From the IMG/VR virus record IMGVR_UViG_3300049139_000146, positions 1-27,740 of that record: a stretch of DNA of 27,740 nucleotides. One strand, given 5' to 3'. The stretch's first letter is position 1; the number at the start of each line of letters is the position of its first letter. The notes under the pieces are model-generated. The model was not told the DNA's origin and made no database searches. It worked only from the letters and a program-made list of their open reading frames with translations. The stretch comes from a virus. Taxonomy: Duplodnaviria; Caudoviricetes. Below are positions 1 through 9,754 of the stretch, in pieces. A program made the position numbers and the translations under genes.

Positions 1-1
1 A

Positions 2-1642
2 CTCAACGCCGCCGCGATCAAGGCACTCGAGGCGGTGGGGCTGAAGACCAAGCAGCTCCCGGACGGCCGCACCGAGGTCTTTACGCGGAACGGTCAGGCC
101 CTCGGCTCGATCGCTGCAGTGCGGCAAGCCCTGAACGCGCTCAACGGCAAGACGGCCACCACATACACGAACCATCTCATCACCACCCGCCGGCGCACGA
201 TCGTCGAGGCCAACACCGTCGGCCGCCCCATCCAGGGCGAGGGCGGCATGTCGAAGCACGCCAGGGGCGGACGGGTGCCCCGCTACGCCAGCGGTGGCGA
301 CGTGCAGGCGTTCCCGGTCGGCGGCTACGTCGCCGGGCCCGGCAGCAGCACGTCGGACAGCATCCTCGCCCTCATGGGCTCCGGCGCCGCAGCGATGGTC
401 TCCGACACCGAGTACGTGATGCGTGGCGCGGCCGTGGCCAAGTACGGCGTCGCTTTCATGGATGCGATCAACACTGGGCGGCTGCGTCTGCCGGGGTTCG
501 CGAAGGGAGGGAAGCTCACCGAGAAGCAGAAGGCCGAACAGCAACGGCAGAAGGAAGCCCGCGGCTTCCTGACGGGCAACTCGACCCTCACCGACATGTC
601 GGTGATCGCCGGGGTGCAGAACGCGGAGATCAGCAGCAAGCTCGGCAAAGAGCGCTCAGAGTCCGCCTTGGTGGACTTCCTCAACCAGCTACAGACACAG
701 GTGTCGAAAGCCGGCTTCTCCAAGGGGACCAACGCTGCTCTGCAGAAGCAGATCACGTCGTCGGCGAAGAAGCTGTTTGCCCTGAACGACCAGTACGACA
801 AGGTCACCGCGTCGCTGGAGAAGGCGAAGGGCAGCCTCGAAGACCTGAAGGGCAAGTTCGACAACCTGAAGACGTCGGTGGCGTCCTCCCTCGTCGGCTT
901 CGGCAACATCACCAAGCTCGGCAAGTACGGCACCAGCGCCGACACCCTCATCAACCAGCTGCGGTCCGACACCTCACGCACGACCGAGTTCGCCACACAG
1001 CTTGAACAACTCAAGGCGAAGGGCCTCAACGCCACCGCGATCGGCAACATCGCACAGGCCGGAGTCGCCGGCGGCGGCATGGCCACCGCCCAGTCCCTCC
1101 TGAACGCCACACCTGAGCAGATCGCCGAGATCAACGCCCTGCAAAAGCAGCTCGAAGCGTCCGCGAACAAGGCCGGCACGGTCACCGCGGACGCCATGTA
1201 CGGGGCGGGCATCAAGGCCGCCGAAGGCTTGGTGAAGGGGCTGACGGCACAGCAGAAGCAGATCGAGAACGCGATGATGAACATCGCGAAAGCGATGGAA
1301 GCCAGCATCAAGAAGGCGCTCGGCATCAAGTCCCCGGCCAAACTCATGCAGCCAATCGGCGACTACGCGTTCCAAGGCGTTGAGCAGGGCTGGGTTAAGC
1401 GCATGGCCCAGGGCAACACCCTCCTCACCGGCAAAGCTGCCGGGCTGCGCACGAAGCCGAGCATGCTGCGCACCGCCGTACCGGCCGCAGCATCTGCCGT
1501 GGCGGCGCCCACGGTGAACCTCACGGCAACGTTCCACTCGATGACGCTGCCGTCCGCGTCCGAGCGGAAGACGTTCGCCCAGGCCATGGCGAAGGACATC
1601 AACGACGCCCTCCTCGACTACCAGAAGGGCAGGCGCCGCTGA
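2..1642 (+). CDS. Tape measure protein, C-terminal part (5' truncated by window)
   Basis: Frame open from base 2; Ala/Lys/Gln-rich helical sequence; GPGSSTSDSI...VSDTEYV and ALGIKSP motifs typical of TMP C-termini; followed by minor tail genes. Confidence 0.88.
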   Translation, partial: LNAAAIKALEAVGLKTKQLPDGRTEVFTRNGQALGSIAAVRQALNALNGKTATTYTNHLITTRRRTIVEANTVGRPIQGEGGMSKHARGGRVPRYASGGDVQAFPVGGYVAGPGSSTSDSILALMGSGAAAMVSDTEYVMRGAAVAKYGVAFMDAINTGRLRLPGFAKGGKLTEKQKAEQQRQKEARGFLTGNSTLTDMSVIAGVQNAEISSKLGKERSESALVDFLNQLQTQVSKAGFSKGTNAALQKQITSSAKKLFALNDQYDKVTASLEKAKGSLEDLKGKFDNLKTSVASSLVGFGNITKLGKYGTSADTLINQLRSDTSRTTEFATQLEQLKAKGLNATAIGNIAQAGVAGGGMATAQSLLNATPEQIAEINALQKQLEASANKAGTVTADAMYGAGIKAAEGLVKGLTAQQKQIENAMMNIAKAMEASIKKALGIKSPAKLMQPIGDYAFQGVEQGWVKRMAQGNTLLTGKAAGLRTKPSMLRTAVPAAASAVAAPTVNLTATFHSMTLPSASERKTFAQAMAKDINDALLDYQKGRRR

Positions 1643-2847
1643 TGCCACAGGGAGACTGGGGAGACCTCAAGGTCGGCCGCCTGCTGCTACGGGAAACGTT
1701 CAAAGAGGGCGAGTCGGCTGGCACCGCGCGCACACTCGACCTTGAGGGGCAGGAGTCGTCGCCTCCGCTGACGCGGAACGAGCTGGTGTGGCGGCACGAC
1801 AACCTGACCGCCTTGGAGTCCGGCACGGTGATGCCGTTGACGTTCACTGACAAGCCGGAGCGGAACGCTTACGTCAACGTTGACTCCCTTTCGGCGGATT
1901 ACACGGAGTGGCGCACCGACGTCGTCACCTCGGACTGGAAGCTGGGCCTGACCCGGCTCGGCTCCGACACGGAGGTCGACCTGCAGAGCAGGCTCACCGG
2001 CGTCGCACGGGTCAACGACTTCTCTCTGACGGGGGAGCGCTGGCATGCCCCGCCGATCGGCCACTACGGCTACCAGACCGGCACCTCGAACCCAACGACG
2101 ATGACCCGCACCGGAGCTGACGGCGCCATCACCGTCTACCGCAGCATCCCCGCCGGGGTATCCCCACGCTGGGGCTGCGCCACCACCGCCTACCTGAACG
2201 GGCGGGTGCGGCTCACCTCGAGTGGTACCGAACTGTGCGGGGTCGACCAATCCCTGTCGCCGACCGGCTGGGCTCTCACCAACGGCCTCGTCAACATCAC
2301 CCCGGGCGCCTCGGCAACGTTCGACGTGCAGGCCTACACCGGCGGCGCCTGGCGGTCGAAACTCTGGAACGTCTCCGTGGCAGGCTCGGCCGCCAGCATC
2401 ACCTCGTGGGACGGCGCCACCCTGCTCCGCAACGACCCCGAGCACGTCATCGTCCGGCTCACGACGGGACTCAACCCGGGGCGCGCCACCCTCGATCTCA
2501 CGCTGCGCCGCGGGAGCCGCACCGTCGAGGGCTACCTCCAGACCACCACGTCGAACACCCTGGCCGCCTACCGGTCGACCCTAGAAGCCACCACCAGCTT
2601 CGCAGCGTCCGGCTACGTCGTGGCCACCAGCAACGACGCGGACGGGAACCGCTTCGCCATCGGCTCAGCCCGCACCTTCACCGCCCACACCAACGGCGGC
2701 GTGCAGAAAGCCGCGACGACCACCCTGGACTTCTGGATCGGGGCAGTCGCCGGCGGCGGCTCGGCAGTCTCCGGGGACACAGCGACTGACCTGCGGAACC
2801 AGTACATCGGCGCCTTGCCCGAGACGATCTACTGTGTGAGGCGGTGA
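1642..2847 (+). CDS. Minor tail protein (distal-tail position)
   Basis: TGATG overlap with TMP stop; 401 aa Thr/Gly-rich beta protein directly after TMP. Confidence 0.75.
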   Translation: MPQGDWGDLKVGRLLLRETFKEGESAGTARTLDLEGQESSPPLTRNELVWRHDNLTALESGTVMPLTFTDKPERNAYVNVDSLSADYTEWRTDVVTSDWKLGLTRLGSDTEVDLQSRLTGVARVNDFSLTGERWHAPPIGHYGYQTGTSNPTTMTRTGADGAITVYRSIPAGVSPRWGCATTAYLNGRVRLTSSGTELCGVDQSLSPTGWALTNGLVNITPGASATFDVQAYTGGAWRSKLWNVSVAGSAASITSWDGATLLRNDPEHVIVRLTTGLNPGRATLDLTLRRGSRTVEGYLQTTTSNTLAAYRSTLEATTSFAASGYVVATSNDADGNRFAIGSARTFTAHTNGGVQKAATTTLDFWIGAVAGGGSAVSGDTATDLRNQYIGALPETIYCVRR

Positions 2848-2850
2848 CCA

Positions 2851-5721
2851 GTGGCCGTCAATCAGGTACTCGGCGCCCTCGGCTCCTGGGACATCACCCT
2901 CAAGTCCACGACCCCGCCCGACCTGTGGGACCGCCTCGACTACTTCGGGCATGTCGCGCTCATTCCCGGACGGCTCGACCCCACCCAGTACGGCGACAAC
3001 CTCCTTGACGCGGCCCGCTATGTCGGCGTCGTCCGCAAACGCGACAACTCCGGCGACGACCGGCGCACCAAGCAGATCGAGCAGGGCTACGAGCTCGGCG
3101 GCGTCGGCATGAACTTCTGGCTCGGCGACGACGAAGACAAAGGCGACGTCTACGAAACCGCCGTCACCATCAACAACGCCACGTTCGCCAACAGCATCCG
3201 GGCTCTGCTGCCCGCTTCCGGCGCCGTCACGGAAGGGACGCTGCACAGCGTCCCCGGCACCTACTCGGGCCGCCACCAGTACGAGACGCCTCGCAAGGCC
3301 GTCCAGTACGTCGCCGAGACGTTCACCGCCTCCTCCGGGCAGAAGGTCGGCTACCGGGTCAACAATGACGCAACCCTCGACGCCGGCTTCGAGAGCGACC
3401 TGTACGTCACCGACCCGCGCTGCGTGATCTCCCGCAAAACCGCAGGCAAGGACACCAGCGGCCTCGAATCCGTGCCCGGCGCGTTCGGCGTCAGCCGCGA
3501 CATGGAGGACTACACCACTCGCGTGGTGCTGCTCGCTGAGGGGGAGGGCGAATCGATCGCCACCGGCACCGCCGACATCTCACCCGGCCTGAACCCGTAC
3601 AAAAACATCCACGGCGGGTCCCTGAAGCTCACGCGGCTGGCGTCGGAGTCGGATACCGGCGTAACGCTCGCCGACACCCGGGCCGAGCTGCTGCTGTCCC
3701 AGTACACGGCGTCTCAGGATGAGCTCGTCGTCGAGACCGACAACTACTACATCGAAGGCTCGTTCAACGTCGGCGACTACGTCTGGGTGTGGGACCCCAA
3801 CGCCGGACTCGTCGACCCCGACAACGAGATTACCTTCCGAGGCGAGCGTCTCAACCCCATCAAGCTTCAGGTCACCGAGGCCAAGTGGCCCGTGACCGAG
3901 GGGTACACGGTCGCCTACCGGGCCGCTGACGGCGTCTGGTACGACCTCACTGACCACGTCGAATGGGACAACAGCCACACTGTCTACGTCACCGTCGGCG
4001 GCTTCGCCCGCGCCCTCGAAGGATCCGGCGCACAGCCCATCGGCACCCGCCCCAGCCAAGACACCTCGGTACCTGGCGTACCCACCTTCGTCAGCCCGTT
4101 CACCGGCAGCGCCTACCTCGACTCCCGCGGCTACACCCGAGCCCGCACGATCCTGACCTGGAACGCCCCGAACAACGTCGACGGCAGCACCGTGCTGGAC
4201 GGCGACCACTACGAGATCCGCTACGCCGTCGACGCCGACCTCATCTACCCCGCCACCTGGACCCAGGTCTCCCAAATCACCTGGGCCGACATGGAAACCT
4301 GGGGACAACCCTTCGTCGCCCCCACCGGCCAGTGGCAGACGATGTTCGTCGCCTGGGGTGAATCGACAGCGCAGCTGAACGACCTCAGCCCCGGCGTTGG
4401 CTACGACGTGCAGATCAGGGCCGTCGACAAGGCCGGCAACCGGGGCGCCTGGTCCAACACGGCCACGTTCGTTGCGTCCGAGGACAACATCCCCCCGTCC
4501 ACGCCGGCCGCCCCGGCGGTAGCCGGATCCCGGATCGCCCTGCAGATCACACACAGCCTCGGTAAGAGCAGCGGCGGCACGTACAACCTTGAGTCGGACC
4601 TGCAGCATCTGGAGATTCACGTCTCCTACGAGCCCGGTTTTACGCCTACCGAGGCCACGCTCATGGGCAAGGTCAGCGCCACCGCCGGGATGATTCAGGC
4701 GCAGATCCCGGCCGTGACCACGGTGCAGGTCGAGGAAGTCTCGACCCGCTACGTGCGGGTCGTGGCGGTCGACAAGACCGGCAACAAGTCCGGACCGTCC
4801 GACGCGGCCAGCGCGACCGCGCTGCTCATCGACGACGCCCACATCTCCGACCTGACCGTCACCAAGGTCACCGCGGGCACCATCTCAGCTGACTGGGTCG
4901 TCGGCGCCCGCATCAAGACCGCCGACACCGGAGCCCGCGTCGAACTCAACTCGGGTGGCATCGGATGCTGGAACGCCGCCGGTCAGCAAACTGTCGCTAT
5001 CGCCGCGGCAGACGGGTCGGTTTCCATCCTCGGCCAGCTCATCTCGGGCACCTCCGGCCGCCGCCTGGAAATCATGCCCACCTCGACGCTGCTGCCAGAG
5101 CTACGCTTCTACGCCAGCAGCGGCAGCAACTACGCGTTCATCAACGCCAGCAGCACAGGCACAGACTCAAACGTCGGCATCAACTCAGGCACCTTCGACG
5201 ACGGCGGAGTCACTGTCTTCACACGCGCCTACCTCACGAGCGGCACGAGTGAGATTGCCATCATCCGTGAAGACACGCAGGCCCGCCGCGGCGGCTACAC
5301 CCGCTACACCACCAGCAACTTCTTCGCCGGATACAACAGCGGCGGTCTCGACGGAGGCGTGTACTCGGCAACCGCCACCCAAGCCAAGATCGGCTGGGAC
5401 AACGGCACCGCCTCCACCGCGAACTACATGCTGTTCGAGAGCGGCCTGACCCGCCACATCGGCCGCTACCGGGACTTCGTCGCCGTCGACTCCAACGAAG
5501 GCCTGTTCACAGGCTCGGTCTCGCCGCCGAGCGGCGCTTCCAGTTGGGCGGCGAGCTTCGGCCCGACGATGCTCACCCAGCTACTGCCGATCGTGTCGAT
5601 CCGCGACGACGTCGTCCACTCCAGCACGATCACGGACAGCACGACGACCGGTTTCACCGTGACCATCAGCCCCGCTGCCAGCGGCGCTTGGAGCGTTTAC
5701 TTCTGGGCCTTCCGGATCTAA
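2851..5721 (+). CDS. Large minor tail / baseplate hub-central fibre protein with fibronectin-III-like domain
   Basis: 956 aa; FN3-like segment LSPGVGYDVQIRAVDKAGNRGAWS; ISDLTVTKVTAGTI trimer-type motif; position after Dit-like gene. Confidence 0.8.
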   Translation: MAVNQVLGALGSWDITLKSTTPPDLWDRLDYFGHVALIPGRLDPTQYGDNLLDAARYVGVVRKRDNSGDDRRTKQIEQGYELGGVGMNFWLGDDEDKGDVYETAVTINNATFANSIRALLPASGAVTEGTLHSVPGTYSGRHQYETPRKAVQYVAETFTASSGQKVGYRVNNDATLDAGFESDLYVTDPRCVISRKTAGKDTSGLESVPGAFGVSRDMEDYTTRVVLLAEGEGESIATGTADISPGLNPYKNIHGGSLKLTRLASESDTGVTLADTRAELLLSQYTASQDELVVETDNYYIEGSFNVGDYVWVWDPNAGLVDPDNEITFRGERLNPIKLQVTEAKWPVTEGYTVAYRAADGVWYDLTDHVEWDNSHTVYVTVGGFARALEGSGAQPIGTRPSQDTSVPGVPTFVSPFTGSAYLDSRGYTRARTILTWNAPNNVDGSTVLDGDHYEIRYAVDADLIYPATWTQVSQITWADMETWGQPFVAPTGQWQTMFVAWGESTAQLNDLSPGVGYDVQIRAVDKAGNRGAWSNTATFVASEDNIPPSTPAAPAVAGSRIALQITHSLGKSSGGTYNLESDLQHLEIHVSYEPGFTPTEATLMGKVSATAGMIQAQIPAVTTVQVEEVSTRYVRVVAVDKTGNKSGPSDAASATALLIDDAHISDLTVTKVTAGTISADWVVGARIKTADTGARVELNSGGIGCWNAAGQQTVAIAAADGSVSILGQLISGTSGRRLEIMPTSTLLPELRFYASSGSNYAFINASSTGTDSNVGINSGTFDDGGVTVFTRAYLTSGTSEIAIIREDTQARRGGYTRYTTSNFFAGYNSGGLDGGVYSATATQAKIGWDNGTASTANYMLFESGLTRHIGRYRDFVAVDSNEGLFTGSVSPPSGASSWAASFGPTMLTQLLPIVSIRDDVVHSSTITDSTTTGFTVTISPAASGAWSVYFWAFRI

Positions 5722-5730
5722 GGGAACCTC

Positions 5731-6312
5731 ATGGACATCTATCAGGTGGAAGCCGTCGAAGCCATGGCCACAGCGCAGGGCACACCCATCTGGATGGTGT
5801 CCATGCGCAAGCCCGACGGCACGATCCACGCCCACAGCTTCCCCCCGTCGACCATCGAATGGCGCATGGCCGAGTACGGGCTGGACAGCGTCGATGAAGC
5901 GCTCGACATCATCCTCCACGAGCCCTGGGCCACCGATCCCACCGACCCGATAGGGGCCCGCGAAGACCCTGCCGCCCGAGTCGGCATGACCGTCCTCCAA
6001 GCAGGGGCCGCGACGGCGGAGCCGATCCGCCTGCACAACGCACCGACGATCGCCGACGCCCGCGAGGCACACCGGCTGCGCATCGCCGACGCTAAAACCC
6101 GCGTCCGGATCACAGCCCCAAAGGGCCAGCAGGATCCACTCGACATCATCAGGCAGCAGCACGGCGTCACCGGCGAAGGCCTACGCCAGAAGGCGGCACT
6201 CGTCGACGCGGCACGGCGCGCTGTCCGCGGTGAGACCACGCCACGCAAACCCGACATCGTCATCGACCCCGAGGCGCATGCCCGCACCGTGAAGGAGACC
6301 CGTCGTGCCTGA
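5731..6312 (+). CDS. Hypothetical tail-module protein
   Basis: RBS AGGGAA, ATG; 193 aa; overlaps next start. Confidence 0.7.
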   Translation: MDIYQVEAVEAMATAQGTPIWMVSMRKPDGTIHAHSFPPSTIEWRMAEYGLDSVDEALDIILHEPWATDPTDPIGAREDPAARVGMTVLQAGAATAEPIRLHNAPTIADAREAHRLRIADAKTRVRITAPKGQQDPLDIIRQQHGVTGEGLRQKAALVDAARRAVRGETTPRKPDIVIDPEAHARTVKETRRA

Positions 6313-7351
6313 CACCCCCACCACACGGCTGGGCATGTACAAGTCCGCCTCCGACGGCTCCGAAGACGTGTCCTACACGCAGGACATCGGCCAGAACCTG
6401 GACAAGCTCGACGCGGCGGTCGGCTTCCAGATCGTCACCTCATCAACGCGCCCGTCATCGCCGTACCCCGGCAAGCCCATCGCCGAGTCCGACACGTCCT
6501 ACCGGACGTACTTCTCCAACGGCACATCGCCCGCCTCCGCCTCCTGGGTCGAGATCCCCAACAGTTCAGCCAGCTACAACAGCAACCTCAACCTCGCCTC
6601 GGGCAGGCAGATCAACATAGGCGGCAGCGGATCCAGCGCACCGTTCGCCACCGTGCTGGCCGCCGCCGGCAACAACGCGATCTCCCTCCGGGTGAGCGGC
6701 GACACCGCATCCCGCTTCTTCCAGAACGCCGACGGCAGCATGAACTGGGGCCCGGGCGGCAGCTCCAGCATTGACGTCACCCTCTCCAGGGTGGCCGCCG
6801 GACGACTCGCCCTCACCGGCACCAACGCCGGCCTCGTCATCGGCTCGGCGACCTACCAGAACGCGCTCACGGCCGCCGCGACAACGGTCGCGAACACCAC
6901 TACCGAAACGGTGGTGGGCACGTTCACGATCCCGGCCAGTGATGCCGTGGTCGGGGCCACCTACCGTGCCCGCCTCATCGCCAACGTGAGTTTCCTGGCG
7001 TCCGCGCAGCTCACATGGAGGGCCCGCCTGGGCGGCGTCGCCGGAACCCAACTCGCCCAAGCCGGGCCCACCACCCTCAGCGGGACCGCTCAGACCAACA
7101 AGGAATCCGTCGTTGAGGTCGACCTCGTATGCGTCTCCACTGGGGCGAGCGGTACCTGGTTCGCCATGCTGGCCGAGCAGCGCAACACCACCCAGACCGG
7201 CAGCGTCGGCGACATACAGCTCGGCTCCAGCGACGGCACCATCACGCGCGACACCACAGCGTCCAACGCGTTCGTCATCACCGCACAGTGGGCCGCCGCA
7301 TCCACTTCGAACACCCTGACCGCCCGCTGCGTCATGGAACGCGTCGCCTAG
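6305..7351 (+). CDS. Tail fibre / receptor-binding-like protein
   Basis: RBS AAGGAG; N-terminus PDTPTTRLGMYK...NLDKLDAAVG resembles fibre anchors; Ser/Thr-rich beta C-terminus. Confidence 0.7.
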   Translation: MPDTPTTRLGMYKSASDGSEDVSYTQDIGQNLDKLDAAVGFQIVTSSTRPSSPYPGKPIAESDTSYRTYFSNGTSPASASWVEIPNSSASYNSNLNLASGRQINIGGSGSSAPFATVLAAAGNNAISLRVSGDTASRFFQNADGSMNWGPGGSSSIDVTLSRVAAGRLALTGTNAGLVIGSATYQNALTAAATTVANTTTETVVGTFTIPASDAVVGATYRARLIANVSFLASAQLTWRARLGGVAGTQLAQAGPTTLSGTAQTNKESVVEVDLVCVSTGASGTWFAMLAEQRNTTQTGSVGDIQLGSSDGTITRDTTASNAFVITAQWAAASTSNTLTARCVMERVA

Positions 7352-7363
7352 AAAGGAACCCTC

Positions 7364-7444
7364 ATGGACACCTTCCAGGTCATCCTGCTCATCGAGGTCG
7401 GCATCATCGCCATCGGAAGCCTGCTCGGCTGGCGGCGCCCCTAG
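7364..7444 (+). CDS. 26-aa single-TM peptide MDTFQVILLIEVGIIAIGSLLGWRRP
   Basis: Strong RBS GAAAGGAA; hydrophobic core with basic tail; below ORF-track cutoff. Confidence 0.65.
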   Translation: MDTFQVILLIEVGIIAIGSLLGWRRP

Positions 7445-7452
7445 CCGCCCGG

Positions 7453-7638
7453 CTATTGCTCGGCTACGGGCGTCGGTGTGGGCTCCGGGCCCGGGGCTAC
7501 CTGCGCGCGGAGCTGCTCGTTCTCCTTCTCCACCTCCGCGAGCTGCGCCTCCAAGAGGACGTTCGCCTCCAATAGGTGGGCGCACTTCTTGCGGAACGCT
7601 TCGAGTCCCGCCTCCATGCTGATCTGGCGTCCCATCAC
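7453..7638 (-). CDS. Small coiled-coil protein, last gene of reverse cassette
   Basis: 4-bp overlap with upstream stop; heptad pattern LLEANVLLEAQLAEVEKENEQLRAQ. Confidence 0.7.
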   Translation of the reverse strand: MMGRQISMEAGLEAFRKKCAHLLEANVLLEAQLAEVEKENEQLRAQVAPGPEPTPTPVAEQ

Positions 7639-8498
7639 GCCACCGCCTTATCTGCGAGCTCCCGGTACCGGTCCAGGAGATCCGTGTTGTTGAGGAACGG
7701 ATGCTGCGGGAAGAAGCTCCAGTGCGACACGACCGCGTCGCCTCGGAGGATGTTCGGCCGGCCAGTGGCGATCGGCTGGTGCACCGTGTGCCACGACTCC
7801 TCCTCATCGGGGACGAGGACGCCGGGCTTGGCCAGTGCCGCGTAGTCTTCGCCACGGGAGGCGAAGCAGCTCACGGAGAACTGGGTGCCGGGCTGGAGCG
7901 GGAAGTCCTGGTAGAGGTACAGGTCTTCGACCGTGCCCGTCTCAATGTGTGAGAGCAGCATCTCGTGGAGCTTCACGGCGAACGGCCCGTTGGCCCAGCC
8001 GGTGGGGTCCATGCAGTAGGCGGCCACCTGCCCCCACTCCATGGGGATCTTCCCGCAGGCTTGCAGAAAGTGGGAGCAGATCGCGTTGTTGACGATGATC
8101 GGGAACACGGCGACCGGCGCGGGCATCTCGATCCGCGCCCGCACCAGGTTCTCGATGGCGTCGTCGTGGATGTAGACGACGTCGTCGTCTAGGCGCACGT
8201 AGATCGTGTCGGGGTCGGTCATGTACCGGTATGCGAGCCCGGTGTAGCGCTGCTTGGGTAGCCGGCCGAGGTTGATGCCGTCGGGGCGGTGGACGAGCCG
8301 GAACCAGTCGTGTTGCTCGTCGAGTTCGTGGGCGTAGGCGATGTCGTCTTCCTGGCCCTGCGGGTCGGTGTTCATGTACGCCCAGGCCTCGTCGATGAGC
8401 CCGCGCTCGACGTCCCGCTGCAGATACTTGGCCAGGATGCTGTACGTCCGGCGTCTCCCGTAGGGCGTCCAAGCGACCACACGGCGGCCATCGATCAC
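7635..8498 (-). CDS. Putative GT-A-fold glycosyltransferase (287 aa)
   Basis: GTG start with RBS AAGGAG; VVAWTPYGR N-terminal strand; IYVRLDDDVVYI DxD motif; C-terminal VSHWSF. Confidence 0.7.
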   Translation of the reverse strand: MIDGRRVVAWTPYGRRRTYSILAKYLQRDVERGLIDEAWAYMNTDPQGQEDDIAYAHELDEQHDWFRLVHRPDGINLGRLPKQRYTGLAYRYMTDPDTIYVRLDDDVVYIHDDAIENLVRARIEMPAPVAVFPIIVNNAICSHFLQACGKIPMEWGQVAAYCMDPTGWANGPFAVKLHEMLLSHIETGTVEDLYLYQDFPLQPGTQFSVSCFASRGEDYAALAKPGVLVPDEEESWHTVHQPIATGRPNILRGDAVVSHWSFFPQHPFLNNTDLLDRYRELADKAVA

Positions 8499-8737
8499 GG
8501 TCGTTCTCCTTCGCTCGGGACGGTTTCGAGTGAGGTGATCCGGGCCAGCCGGAACATCCGCTTGGTCATGGGCTGATCGTCCTGGGTGCGGCAGAGGAGC
8601 CACATGACGGCTTCGCTGTTGCCCCACTCTGGTGTACCGATCAGACGCCGAAACTCCAGCAGCCAGGGCTCGGCAATGTCGACAGTGAGGGTCTCGGGCT
8701 GCCCGTTGTCGGGGATCCAAGTAAGGCGGGCGATCAC
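8495..8737 (-). CDS. Hypothetical protein (80 aa)
   Basis: GTGA overlaps at both ends; MIARLTWIPDNGQPETLTVDI... Confidence 0.65.
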   Translation of the reverse strand: MIARLTWIPDNGQPETLTVDIAEPWLLEFRRLIGTPEWGNSEAVMWLLCRTQDDQPMTKRMFRLARITSLETVPSEGERP

Positions 8738-9753
8738 GCCACCACCCCCACGGGCGCCATGAGCGCTGCTTCCCACTGCCGATTGACCGCCTGCAGGATC
8801 GATCCCGACGCCTCCGCCCGGGCCGCCATGCCGACCCGCTGCCGCAGCTCCGGGGCGTCGGCGAGCTGCTTGAGGATGCGGCCCCACTCGTGCTCCCGCT
8901 TGACGAGGAACCCGTTCTCCCCGTGCCGGATCACCCGCCGATACGGCTCGACGTCCGACGCGACCAGCGGGATGCCGAGCATCGACGCCTCGAGGAACTT
9001 CGTCGGGAACTTCGCCCGGTTGAACGGGATGTCCCTGTACGGCGCCACCCACACGTCGAACTCCTTCACCGCCTGGAGGTAGTGCCCGAAGTTCTCCACC
9101 CAGCCCAGCGCACCCAGACGATCCCCGCGCAGGCCGCTCGCCATCGCCGTGCGGGCATCGATTCCGACCAGCCGCACGAAGGTCTCGCCGGGCCGGCGGT
9201 AGCCGGAGATCCGATTTAGCGCCCGTACCACGCCCGGCACCTGCAGCTCGTGGACCGTCGACGCAGTGCCGGCCCATCCGACCGAGAGCGTCTCCGGGTC
9301 GTAGTCGCGGACCTCGCCCAGGTACTGGGCGGGCAGCCCGTTGCCGACGACCCGCACGTCGTCGTGGTGCTCGCGCAGCAAGGCAGCCAGCGGCTCGGAG
9401 CAGCAGGTGACGGTGTGCGCCACCTGCATGTTGTCGATCAGACCTTGCCGCAGGGCGGGGTCGTTCCACAGTTGGTAGGCGGCCGTGTTGGACGGGTCGA
9501 GGTGGAAGTAGTCATCGTCCAAGTCGAGCACGAGACGGATGCCGTGGTCGCGCATCTCCCGCCACGCCTTGGACGGCTCCGGCTTGGCGACACGGCAGCC
9601 GACGACCACGTCCAGGCCCTGGTCCCGCCAACTGCCGGGCAGGTACGGGCTGGCGCTCGTGTCGTGGCCGAGCCAGTTGAGGGCCATCGCAGGGAGTACC
9701 CCGCGGTACAGGCCGGAGCCTGCCGTGTCGGCCGTCCAGAAGTGGATGCGCAC
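8734..9753 (-). CDS. GT-B-fold (GT4-like) glycosyltransferase (339 aa)
   Basis: GTG start; GSGLYRG, LDLDDDYF and FNRAKFPTKFLEASMLGIPLVASDVEPY...GENGFLV motifs. Confidence 0.88.
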   Translation of the reverse strand: MRIHFWTADTAGSGLYRGVLPAMALNWLGHDTSASPYLPGSWRDQGLDVVVGCRVAKPEPSKAWREMRDHGIRLVLDLDDDYFHLDPSNTAAYQLWNDPALRQGLIDNMQVAHTVTCCSEPLAALLREHHDDVRVVGNGLPAQYLGEVRDYDPETLSVGWAGTASTVHELQVPGVVRALNRISGYRRPGETFVRLVGIDARTAMASGLRGDRLGALGWVENFGHYLQAVKEFDVWVAPYRDIPFNRAKFPTKFLEASMLGIPLVASDVEPYRRVIRHGENGFLVKREHEWGRILKQLADAPELRQRVGMAARAEASGSILQAVNRQWEAALMAPVGVVA

Positions 9754-9754
9754 T

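Noticed and set aside
325-7335. Many long minus-strand and off-frame ORFs over the tail genes
   Set aside because: Shadow ORFs from stop-codon scarcity; the plus-strand coupled chain explains the region
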